DNA of 62,054 nucleotides, taken from the IMG/VR virus record IMGVR_UViG_3300020430_000015, positions 1-62,054 of that record; one strand, written 5' to 3'. Every line of letters begins with the position of its first letter. Within the stretch, counting starts at the first letter, position 1. Source of the stretch: a virus (Duplodnaviria > Caudoviricetes). This document shows positions 1-7,984 of this stretch, in pieces. The notes under the pieces were generated by a model. The model was not told the origin of the DNA and did not search any database. It saw only the letters and a list, made by a program, of their open reading frames with translations. The translations under genes were made by a program, and so were the position numbers.

Positions 1-188
1 GTTTCTTCTGCTGATTCTTCTTTTGAAGTTTCTTCTACTTCGATATCTTTGATATCATCTTCTAAAAGACCTTCATAGATTGATCTTGATTTTTCTACAA
101 CGATATTGTGGAAAATCTCTTCTGCCGCTGATTTGTCGTCAGCGATTAATTTTTCAAGCATTTGCTCGAATTTACTTTTATCTGACAT
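1..188 (-). CDS. Acidic prohead core/scaffold-like protein, N-terminal part (runs off window)
   Basis: Manually translated: ATG at 188 with AGGAGA RBS, MSDKSKFEQMLEKLIADDKSAAEEIFHNIVVEKSRSIYEGLLEDD..., open to position 1. Lies downstream of the portal with a TAAATA box at 231-236. Confidence 0.55.
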   Translation of the reverse strand, partial: MSDKSKFEQMLEKLIADDKSAAEEIFHNIVVEKSRSIYEGLLEDDIKDIEVEETSKEESAEE

Positions 189-296
189 TATTTTTCTCCT
201 ATTAACTGTTTTTGATAAGACTGTCCTTATTATTTACATTATTGTTGGTAAAAACGGCAGATAACGGCCCGTTAGAGAGTGTTTTAGACGTCAATT

Positions 297-884
297 TTAC
301 AGGTGATAGCGTCTTTTGAACTCTTGCACTGTGATTTCACTGTAATTTGTGTATTTTTTTAGATCTTTTGCTTCAAACACGTGTGTTCCTTCAGGTATCA
401 CTCTCACAAATCTTTTCAATGCATTCTTTTGCAGTACTATCGAAGTCTGTCTATTCCAGTTGCCATGATAGGTTGCCACGTCTGTATTCTTTTTGTAGTT
501 GGGTGTGTCGCCATATATGTTGTTTAGTTTACCATCTTGGTTGCCTATGAAGTCAAAACCTAAGATGTATATCAATTGATGCTCTTTTTGTGTGGCTAGA
601 TACAATGCTGTGGGTCCAGATGACCAACCTAAACTAGGTTCAAAGAAGTTCAATCCATTCCATTTTTTATATGCTCTATTTGGATTGGTCCAAACCGGCA
701 TTTTTCTGTGTGCATCAGCATGACATATTTCATTAATCATCTTGGCATCTACTGCCACAAGGTAATCTGGTGTGAATGTTCTGTATACGGCATTGCAGGC
801 ATACACTTTGCCGTGTTGTTTCAGAGGCTCTAATGGTATAGGCTTACGACTGAGACCGTTGCCCAGTACAAATGCCACGGACAT
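297..884 (-). CDS. DUF115/Maf (GT42 sialyltransferase-like fold) protein
   Basis: N-terminal VLGNGxSR, YACNAVYR, PDYLVAVD, GWSSGPTA and IYILGFD motifs typical of DUF115/Maf/Cst-like proteins. Confidence 0.55.
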   Translation of the reverse strand: MSVAFVLGNGLSRKPIPLEPLKQHGKVYACNAVYRTFTPDYLVAVDAKMINEICHADAHRKMPVWTNPNRAYKKWNGLNFFEPSLGWSSGPTALYLATQKEHQLIYILGFDFIGNQDGKLNNIYGDTPNYKKNTDVATYHGNWNRQTSIVLQKNALKRFVRVIPEGTHVFEAKDLKKYTNYSEITVQEFKRRYHL

Positions 885-887
885 CTA

Positions 888-1127
888 TTATACCTCTGGT
901 TGATTAGCGGAGCCGTACATTTTTCTCACAAATTCTAACTCTTTTTGTTGCTCATCTTTGTGAAACTCGCCGGCTTTACGTGCTTTGTTGATCTGTTTTA
1001 GTGTAAGACGTGTTTTACGTGTATCACTTACACCCATAATACCTTGGTCAGATGTAGGATCGTATTCCTTTTGTTCACCTGATTCAGTAGAAATTTTGTC
1101 GAAATAAAATAATTCACGTAGTATCAT
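888..1127 (-). CDS. Small conserved head-region protein
   Basis: 79-aa ORF (RKTRLTLKQINKARK) directly after the portal, with its own TAAATA box at 1133-1138. Confidence 0.6.
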   Translation of the reverse strand: MILRELFYFDKISTESGEQKEYDPTSDQGIMGVSDTRKTRLTLKQINKARKAGEFHKDEQQKELEFVRKMYGSANQPEV

Positions 1128-1141
1128 AATGATATTTATGT

Positions 1142-2866
1142 TTAAGTGCCTGGAGTTGTAGTTCCTGCGTCTGGTGGAGTGCCTGCTCCTGGAGTGCCTG
1201 CACCTTCGTCACCTGGTTCTGTTGCTGGTGCTTCAGGCTCAGCCGCATCTAAGTCTGCTTGGATACCTGCTGTGCTTACACCTGCACTTCTTAACTCTGT
1301 TGCTGAAGTTGTAGGTTTAGCCTGCGTGGTTGCATCGTTTTCTTCTCTCCATAATCTTTCGTTTTCTGCCATTTCTTCTGGAGTTAATCCTAAGAATCTT
1401 GAAAGTGCATAACGTTTGCTTACAAATGGAACCTGAGCAATCTGTGTGTAAGTAGAAATTCTATTGTTATCAACCTCTGCTTGTCTATAAGATGCAAAGT
1501 TCATTGGTGGATTAAACTTAATATCAAACATTGCGATGTCAATATTAACACCTTTTTCTATCAAATACTGTTTGAACTCTTGATTGAATTCATTTGATAC
1601 CATGTTTTGTAATCTTTCACAGTATTTGTTAAATCTTAATTCTTGAATGTATGCTGTGCCTACTCTACCATCATTGTATTGGCTTTGTCCATCATCAGCA
1701 CCTGTTGGCAAATAAGAACTTGGTATACGTAAACCTCTTAATAGTTTGTTTGTAAAGTATTTTAGATCATCAATCTCACCTAAATTAGTACCACCTGGTA
1801 ATGTTTCTACTTTAGAACCTCTACCTTCTGCTGTTTGTGGGAAGAAATAATCTTCATTGATAGATAATGGATTGTAACTTGAATCAATTACGTTTGTACC
1901 ACCACCCGTGCTTGACGGAATACGTCTTTGGTGTATTTCTGTTTTAACTCTTTCTACAAATTGCATTGCCAAGTGCGATGGCATATTACCTACGTCAATG
2001 TAAAACACTCTACGTTCTGGTGCTCTTTGTACTCTGTAAATTATAATTGCATCTTCTAGTAATTCTTTTTGTTTGTAAACTTTAAAAACACTTTCTAACA
2101 GACTGTTTCCAAATGGAAAGTTCAAATCAAGACCTTCACTTAAACTTAAATGGAAAATGTGCTTGGCATCAACAGCAATTTCTCTTTGTCCTGTAGCAAA
2201 TCTTGTGCCTGGTGAGTCTTGATAATTTGCACCAACCATACCTCTTACACCACCTGTTAAATATCCTGAACCACCGCCAGTTACATTACCAGTTGTTTGA
2301 TATGGAGTTGTTGCCACAAGGTTTCTAAAGTTAAAATTAATATCTCTTACAACATATTGTTCAGGAGTTTTTCCTGTGCTTTCATTTACAATAATTTTAG
2401 AAACTTTTGCAGGATCAACATGAAATAATTTCTTTGTTTCTGGATCTCTAATAAAGAATGAATCACCGTACTTGAATACATTACGCATGATTTTAAATAT
2501 TCTCTTGTTTAAATCATTTAATTTGCACCACTGATGCAAATATTGTTCAATAATTTGTACTTCTGTGTTTGTTGCTTTCTGATTGTATGTAAATTTAAAT
2601 GGAGTATTGTTTTGTGTGTTGTTCTGTGTGCAAAATTCTGCAAGAATATCAAGTGCGGCATTGACCTCACTGTCCATATCCATTACATTGTATTGTCCAT
2701 ATCTTTCTATTCTGTTTGGTGCACCACTGTACACATCAGGAAGATAAGATGAATAGTTTGAACGTGCAGGACCAGGCTTGCCTGTTACTCCTCCACCCAT
2801 TGCTGAATATGTGCCATCAGATGCTCCTGCAACTGGTACTTCACTAAAAAATTTTTTCCAACTCAT
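1142..2866 (-). CDS. gp20: Portal vertex protein (T4 gp20 family)
   Basis: LLEDAIIIYRVQRAPERRVFYIDVGNMP, EDYFFPQTAEGRGSKVETLPGG and DDLKYFTNKLLRGLRIPSS are gp20 hallmarks. Confidence 0.96.
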   Translation of the reverse strand: MSWKKFFSEVPVAGASDGTYSAMGGGVTGKPGPARSNYSSYLPDVYSGAPNRIERYGQYNVMDMDSEVNAALDILAEFCTQNNTQNNTPFKFTYNQKATNTEVQIIEQYLHQWCKLNDLNKRIFKIMRNVFKYGDSFFIRDPETKKLFHVDPAKVSKIIVNESTGKTPEQYVVRDINFNFRNLVATTPYQTTGNVTGGGSGYLTGGVRGMVGANYQDSPGTRFATGQREIAVDAKHIFHLSLSEGLDLNFPFGNSLLESVFKVYKQKELLEDAIIIYRVQRAPERRVFYIDVGNMPSHLAMQFVERVKTEIHQRRIPSSTGGGTNVIDSSYNPLSINEDYFFPQTAEGRGSKVETLPGGTNLGEIDDLKYFTNKLLRGLRIPSSYLPTGADDGQSQYNDGRVGTAYIQELRFNKYCERLQNMVSNEFNQEFKQYLIEKGVNIDIAMFDIKFNPPMNFASYRQAEVDNNRISTYTQIAQVPFVSKRYALSRFLGLTPEEMAENERLWREENDATTQAKPTTSATELRSAGVSTAGIQADLDAAEPEAPATEPGDEGAGTPGAGTPPDAGTTTPGT

Positions 2867-5052
2867 TATGTGTTATCCGCCACTATTTTTGTATTGTCTG
2901 ATACGTTCTTAGCAAATTTATTGTTCTGATCCATCATCATTAAAACTTGCTCCATTGTAGTATTTAACTTATCCAACTTGTTTCCTGTTTCAGTTGCGGA
3001 TGTTGTAATTGATCCTGACATTCCGGAATTCAGATTGTTCATTGCTTCTCCAAGATTACTTAAACTGTTAGCATACATATCAATCTTACCTTTGTCAAGA
3101 GAATCTAGTGTTGCATTGATACTTTTGGCAAAGTTTTCTGGTCCACCGCCAAAAAGTTTTCCAAAAAAGCCTGTTGCTGATGCACTTGTGGCACTTCCCA
3201 TGTCTACCATTGCACCTGCCAGTGTTTTCAAACCACTTGCTGTGTCTTTTAAACCTTGGCCATCTATGTTGGTGAGCCCTTCTATACCTGTTGTAAATTT
3301 TTGTAGTGCACCACCCATTAGATATGTCGCGCCGGCAATACCTGCACCCAATACTGCAATAGACCCTGCTATGATTGAGGCTCCTAATAAAATTTTAGGA
3401 TTAGCCAATGTGCCTAATGCTCTTCCTAATAGAGAAAATACTTTTCCTGCACCTGCACCTATTCCTTTAGCAAGTCCACCTACGTTTGCTCCTATTCTAG
3501 ATACTGATCCACCACCTCCACCGCCAAGATAAGAACCAGCAGAAGTTAAACCTTTGCTCGCCGCTTGTCCTAACTTAATACTACCAAAGCCTCCTAGTGC
3601 CAATAAAGCGACACCTATTGCAGTTCCGAACTTGCCCATTTCTTCAGTTAAGAAGGATACCATATTTCCAAATAGTTCTAAAGGAACAGAAATTAAATTA
3701 AACAGTCCTGCTAGTGTTGTTGTTGCCGGAGCCAACACCGCCGCGAATGCTGTTCTCAATCTTTGTGTTGCTCTGTCAAATTGAAGTGCGGCTGTTCCTG
3801 CGGCTTCTTGTGCTTTTCTTTGTTCTTCAGTCACTTGTTGTAAATCGCCTAAAGCATTTTTAAATGCAATCGTTTCGAATCTTACATCAAAGAAGTCTAC
3901 GCCGAATTGTTTTAATTGTGCAAATCTTTGTCTTTCTTCTGCACTTAAATTTCCTGTTTCTTGTGCCGCTGTTTGGAACACAGACATCAATTGTTCTACT
4001 GAACCCGACTCACCTCTGCTGACTCTGTCCAGTGCTTCACTAAATCCTTGCAACTGCATAATACCTGCCTCTCTTGCATTTGTAGGAATTCCGCCTGTTG
4101 CAATTAAATTTCTTAATGACTGTCCAAGTTCTTGCGAACCTTTATCTGTTAAAGACAATGCTCTCTGTATCACTGCTTGTTGTTTTTGATCCATACCAGC
4201 CATTTGTAATTTTAATCTAGAGTCAGCGGCATTCTGTTTCATTTCTTGTGCCAACATATCTCTATTTTTTCCTGTTAGCCTTGTTAACAAGTCAAGATTA
4301 GTTAGGTACTCATCCGCACCTGAGGCAAGTTCTCGCGAAGTCATTGTTTGTGTTCTGCCTAATTGAGTTTGGATTTCTAAATATTCACCTGCACCTTCGG
4401 CAATTCTGTCCATTGTAAAACCTAGACCAGATAATTTTTCGAATGTTTCACCTTGTGAAAGTTCTATGAGTGCTTGGGAAAATCTTTGGAATCCTTGACC
4501 AGCAGTTCCACCTAGTAAGGCAAGATTGCCTTGCGCCGCCGCAACTGCTGAGGTAAGTTGCCCCATTGTTAGTCCTGTTATTCCAGATACTCTTCTTAAT
4601 TCACTGATGCTTTGACCTGCTGTTGCACCCACAGTTGAAAGTTGTCTGTAGAAATCTACGTTGTCAGACAACGCATCTAAAAGTGTACTTGCAATGTAAC
4701 CAACAGTTTGTCCTAATACACCCATCTGTGCTGTGGAATATTTTACTGTTGATCCGAGACTTTTTAGTGTACCTGTGGCTAACGTAACACCAACAGCCAT
4801 TGTGTTTTGAATTTTGGCATATTTGTTTAATCCAGTGGTTGTTTCTTCCAAATCTTCATTGAGGTCTTCCAAATAGGATCCCACAGTTTTCATTTCTTTG
4901 GCAGTCTTTCCTGTGGCTTGTGCCACTGACGCCATACCTGTGCTTCCGCCAAGTGCTTTTACCAATGCTTTAAGTGTGGTTTCCTGAGCAACGCCTGAGG
5001 CGGCTATGCCCTTTGCCAATGCATCCAATTGATCTGGTGTTAAATCTGCCAT
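2866..5052 (-). CDS. Tape-measure-like protein
   Basis: 728 aa, Ala/Gly/Leu-rich helical composition with hydrophobic segments. Lies next to gp26/gp51-like chaperone genes. Confidence 0.65.
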   Translation of the reverse strand: MADLTPDQLDALAKGIAASGVAQETTLKALVKALGGSTGMASVAQATGKTAKEMKTVGSYLEDLNEDLEETTTGLNKYAKIQNTMAVGVTLATGTLKSLGSTVKYSTAQMGVLGQTVGYIASTLLDALSDNVDFYRQLSTVGATAGQSISELRRVSGITGLTMGQLTSAVAAAQGNLALLGGTAGQGFQRFSQALIELSQGETFEKLSGLGFTMDRIAEGAGEYLEIQTQLGRTQTMTSRELASGADEYLTNLDLLTRLTGKNRDMLAQEMKQNAADSRLKLQMAGMDQKQQAVIQRALSLTDKGSQELGQSLRNLIATGGIPTNAREAGIMQLQGFSEALDRVSRGESGSVEQLMSVFQTAAQETGNLSAEERQRFAQLKQFGVDFFDVRFETIAFKNALGDLQQVTEEQRKAQEAAGTAALQFDRATQRLRTAFAAVLAPATTTLAGLFNLISVPLELFGNMVSFLTEEMGKFGTAIGVALLALGGFGSIKLGQAASKGLTSAGSYLGGGGGGSVSRIGANVGGLAKGIGAGAGKVFSLLGRALGTLANPKILLGASIIAGSIAVLGAGIAGATYLMGGALQKFTTGIEGLTNIDGQGLKDTASGLKTLAGAMVDMGSATSASATGFFGKLFGGGPENFAKSINATLDSLDKGKIDMYANSLSNLGEAMNNLNSGMSGSITTSATETGNKLDKLNTTMEQVLMMMDQNNKFAKNVSDNTKIVADNT

Positions 5053-5064
5053 ATTACCAAATTG

Positions 5065-5112
5065 TATTTAAATCCAATCATTAAGTACGCACTTAATACT
5101 CATCACTAAATA
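5065..5112. promoter_or_regulatory. Symmetric bidirectional late promoter: TATTTA-N12-AAGTACGCACTT-N12-TAAATA
   Basis: TATTTA at 5065-5070, palindromic box at 5083-5094, TAAATA at 5107-5112, between divergent structural genes. Confidence 0.75.
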
Positions 5113-5162
5113 TGTGTATATAAAAAAGTGCGTAACACTTTCTTGTATTTATTGGAGATAAA

Positions 5163-6035
5163 ATGACAGAATTACAACAAGGACAAACACCACAAGCGAA
5201 TCCTTTAAAGAAATATTACAGACAACCCAAGCAGTATATCAAACTGCCTAGCGGTTACAAATTTTATCCTGAAGGAGCAATACAAGTTCCAGAGTCAGGA
5301 GAGATTGCTGTGTACCCTATGACAGCAAAAGACGAATTACTTTTTAAGACACCAGATGCATTATTAAACGGTGAAGCCACTGTAACAGTGATACAGAGTT
5401 GTGTGCCAGCCATAAAGAATGCTTGGGCAATGCCTAGCATAGATGTTGATGCTGTGCTAATAGCAATCAGAATGGCAACATACGGTGAAAAGATGTCTGT
5501 GCCGGTCACAATACCTAACACAAAAATACAGAGAGATTTTGAATTAAATTTACAATCATCTCTGGACAAACTTCTTTCAGCACAATATCAAGACACTGTG
5601 TTTGTGGCAGACATGGAAGTGACTACCAATCCTTTGAATTACAGTCAGTTCACAAAGATGGCAATCAAATCTTTTGAAGAAGCACGTTTACAGGAAACAA
5701 TAAGAAATCAAGACATACCTGAAGAAGACAAACTGAAAAGATTTCAGCAGAGTTTAACAAAATTGACTGCGTTAAATGTTGGCATGGTCACTGAAACTGT
5801 GGTATCTGTAAAAGTTGATGGACAGACTGTAACAGACAAAGCCATGATAGCAGAGTTTATTGAAAATGCTGAAAAAGGATTCTTTCAAACAATACTGGAT
5901 CATTTAGAAAAACAACGAGATGCCTTTGCACTTCCTGAAATGGAAATCACAACCACGGAACAAGAACGCAAAGAAGGTGCTCCAGAATCTTTCAAACTAC
6001 CTATACAATTTGATACCGCAAATTTTTTCGCTTAA
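5163..6035 (+). CDS. gp26: Baseplate hub assembly protein / tail chaperone (T4 gp26-like)
   Basis: NPLKKYYRQPKQYIKLPSG, PMTAKDELLFKTPDALLNG and IDVDAVLIAIRMATYGE motifs; C-terminal NFFA. Confidence 0.8.
   Translation: MTELQQGQTPQANPLKKYYRQPKQYIKLPSGYKFYPEGAIQVPESGEIAVYPMTAKDELLFKTPDALLNGEATVTVIQSCVPAIKNAWAMPSIDVDAVLIAIRMATYGEKMSVPVTIPNTKIQRDFELNLQSSLDKLLSAQYQDTVFVADMEVTTNPLNYSQFTKMAIKSFEEARLQETIRNQDIPEEDKLKRFQQSLTKLTALNVGMVTETVVSVKVDGQTVTDKAMIAEFIENAEKGFFQTILDHLEKQRDAFALPEMEITTTEQERKEGAPESFKLPIQFDTANFFA
6023..6029 (+). other. Putative -1 ribosomal slippery site T-TTT-TTC
   Basis: X-XXY-YYZ heptamer in the last codons of gp26. The -1 frame is open through to ORF 6071-6259. Confidence 0.6.
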
Positions 6036-6070
6036 AAATCTCCACACTGGATATTTCTGAGATCCTTAAG

Positions 6071-6259
6071 ATGGCCAAGGACATGGAAAATGAAACTAAA
6101 AATTTCAAAGCAGAACTCACAAAAATTGCTTGGTTCATGCGTGGTGGAGTCACAATGGAAGAGATATACATGAGTGCACCAGAAGACAGAGAGATCATGG
6201 CAAAAGTGATCAAAGACAATCTAGACACAGCCAAAAAAACAGGACAACCGTTCTTTTAA
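6071..6259 (+). CDS. gp51: Small gp51-like hub assembly protein (possibly the frameshift extension of gp26)
   Basis: WFMRGGVTMEEIYMSAPEDREIM resembles the short gp51/gpT-type tails that follow gp26 in marine T4-like phages. Confidence 0.6.
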   Translation: MAKDMENETKNFKAELTKIAWFMRGGVTMEEIYMSAPEDREIMAKVIKDNLDTAKKTGQPFF

Positions 6260-6365
6260 TGCAAACTAACACATAATATAAAGTGTAAAATAATCTACCT
6301 TACAGACATCTAAAATCAAATATGCTGTTTTAATGATGAAATCACCTGTTCTAAATAATACACCT

Positions 6366-6935
6366 ATGCAAGTATACACGCAAATAACCAAACCTGCGGA
6401 GTTAAACGGAGATGATGTCTGGATACCCTGTATGAAAACATATACAGTGGACCATGATCCCGCCAAGCCGCAAGGCTTAATCATCACACACATCGAATCA
6501 GTCAATCATTACAAACACAGTCTCAAAAAATTACTAGATCAAAAAATTTATGCAGTGGGTTCCAAGACCTACGATAGACTAGTGGAGATAGGATTTAACG
6601 AAAACAACATACACTGGCGACACAAGGCGGATGAACTCAAACTGATGAGTAAAGACGTAGGGCCACTCACGTGGCTCCGCGGAGACAAATACGCAAGAGA
6701 TTTTTCGAAGATGCCAAATGTGACCACCATCCAGACCTACGAGTCACGTCCTGACAGGGACGCCGTTAAAAAAATTTTAAAGATGGATCCCAAAGTGATT
6801 CATGTGTACCAACAAAGTGTGTTGGAAGAATTGGAAGTTAGAGATTGGAGTCACACAAAACTCCGCTATGTTCAGAGTGCAGACCCTGATAAGAGTTTGT
6901 GGTTGGACTGTGAACAGTTTGATCCTAATGTGTAA
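6366..6935 (+). CDS. hemD: Uroporphyrinogen-III synthase (HemD)-like protein
   Basis: IITHIESV, IYAVGSKTYDRL, LTWLRGD and IQTYES align with HemD motifs (FTSxNAV, aVGxxTa, lrG, vYet). Start moved to ATG 6366, just after TAAATA at 6352-6357. Confidence 0.55.
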   Translation: MQVYTQITKPAELNGDDVWIPCMKTYTVDHDPAKPQGLIITHIESVNHYKHSLKKLLDQKIYAVGSKTYDRLVEIGFNENNIHWRHKADELKLMSKDVGPLTWLRGDKYARDFSKMPNVTTIQTYESRPDRDAVKKILKMDPKVIHVYQQSVLEELEVRDWSHTKLRYVQSADPDKSLWLDCEQFDPNV

Positions 6936-7002
6936 GAACGACTGCGTCGTTCTGCTTCGCTAAACGCTCAGCAATTAAGCAATCAACATAACGAAGTTAT
7001 GT
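6935..7002. repeat. Cluster of three short perfect inverted repeats with GNA triloops
   Basis: AGAACGAC-TGC-GTCGTTCT at 6935-6953, GCTTCGC (GCGAAGC on minus) at 6954-6960, ACATAAC-GAA-GTTATGT at 6986-7002. Confidence 0.7.
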
Positions 7003-7321
7003 GTCGCATCATGCAGATAGTTGATCCATACTTCACCCGTTTGGGCAAAGTAGGAGCCATCATGCGAGATTAGCCTGCCATTGTGTGAGAGGAAATTTCT
7101 TTCGATCGGAAGCGGTGACCCGCCAACTCCCTATTCCAGACTTCATAGTCACGGGCAACTGACCCACCCTTCACAAACAAAGTGAGTAGTTGTGATGTTG
7201 TATCTTTTTCACAGAGCATCTTCTTTTGTGCCTCAAGTAAGCACTTGCCTTGCAACTCAGGATTCACCTAACGTTTTATCAACTGCATTTCCTGGATATC
7301 GCTATCAACTGTGTTGCTATG
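7003..7321 (-). ncRNA. Candidate large structured ncRNA of unknown family
   Basis: GC-richer gap with no credible ORF. Multiple nested helices, several needing G-U pairs on the minus strand, plus 5'/3' long-range complementarity. Confidence 0.55.
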
Positions 7322-7750
7322 TTAAGCCTTGTGAGATTTTAATTCTTCTTTTAGGACTTTGGATCCGCCTACGCGAACATTAATAATTCCATTGTAGTAG
7401 TCGTCTGTTTCGAGCACTCTTCTGTCAAACTGTTCCTTGGCTTCCAAATAACTCATTGTGCCTCTGTTTGAGCAAATGTATAATATTTCCCTAGTAAATT
7501 TGTCTTCCCCTTGTGCCTTGACGTCAGCAACCAAATGATCATTGGAACCCCAATAGTCTCTCCAGTCACTTTCGACTTTGCTTCTACGTTTGTTTATTCT
7601 TCCCTTGAGTGGCGGACGTGTCTTCTTGAATTTTGCCAGTTTTTTGCCCACATATTTTTTACCGTTGGTTGTATTGGTAATGAGATACACAAAGCCTTCA
7701 CAGTCTTCTGGCAGTGTGTCTATGGGTTTTCCTTGATATGTCCATGCCAT
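7322..7750 (-). CDS. GIY-YIG family endonuclease-like protein
   Basis: GFVYLITN...KKYVGKK, YWGS, FTREIL, YLEAKEQ and YYNGII motifs. TAAGTA box at 7756-7761. Confidence 0.8.
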   Translation of the reverse strand: MAWTYQGKPIDTLPEDCEGFVYLITNTTNGKKYVGKKLAKFKKTRPPLKGRINKRRSKVESDWRDYWGSNDHLVADVKAQGEDKFTREILYICSNRGTMSYLEAKEQFDRRVLETDDYYNGIINVRVGGSKVLKEELKSHKA

Positions 7751-7768
7751 ACCAATACTTACCGTGTG

Positions 7769-7984
7769 CTATTTTTGGTTGTGTGTCTTTTGATTTCTGC
7801 TGTCTTCAAACTCTGTTGTGAGTTCTTTTCTACGTGTTCGGGCCAAAATTCGAATTTCCGCGAGCGCCTTTCTGGCGGCTACTTTGGTAGCGAGGCTCCG
7901 CCTCTTCGCGAACTGCTCGTTTGCCTTGAAGTACGCCATGTATGCTTTGGTCAACTTATCATGTGTATCATCTTGTATGCTCAT
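7769..7984 (-). CDS. Small basic helical protein (Hc1/histone-like)
   Basis: GGAGA RBS before ATG 7984; KVAARKALAEIRILARTRRKEL motif. Confidence 0.5.
   Translation of the reverse strand: MSIQDDTHDKLTKAYMAYFKANEQFAKRRSLATKVAARKALAEIRILARTRRKELTTEFEDSRNQKTHNQK

Noticed and set aside
237-270. Palindromic box upstream of the TAAATA at 231-236 (also checked at 1133, 17313, 36044, 40908, 42388)
   Set aside because: Only weak or half-site matches at the wrong spacing, so these were not counted as box-containing promoters.
2978-3784. Long antisense ORFs opposite real genes (also 29089-29469, 48253-48774, 56057-56494 and others)
   Set aside because: Shadow ORFs arising from codon bias of the sense genes, with no motifs.
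6936-7321. RNase P RNA, tmRNA, or group I/II intron identity for the non-coding region
   Set aside because: GAGGAAATTTC and GAGCCATCATGCG only superficially resemble RNase P P4 and group II domain V, and the partner strands are missing. There are no tRNA-like tmRNA ends, and no interrupted host gene flanks the region.
7070-7383. Short ORFs 7070-7267 (-) and 7192-7383 (+)
   Set aside because: No RBS or recognisable motifs. The sequence is better explained by RNA structure.
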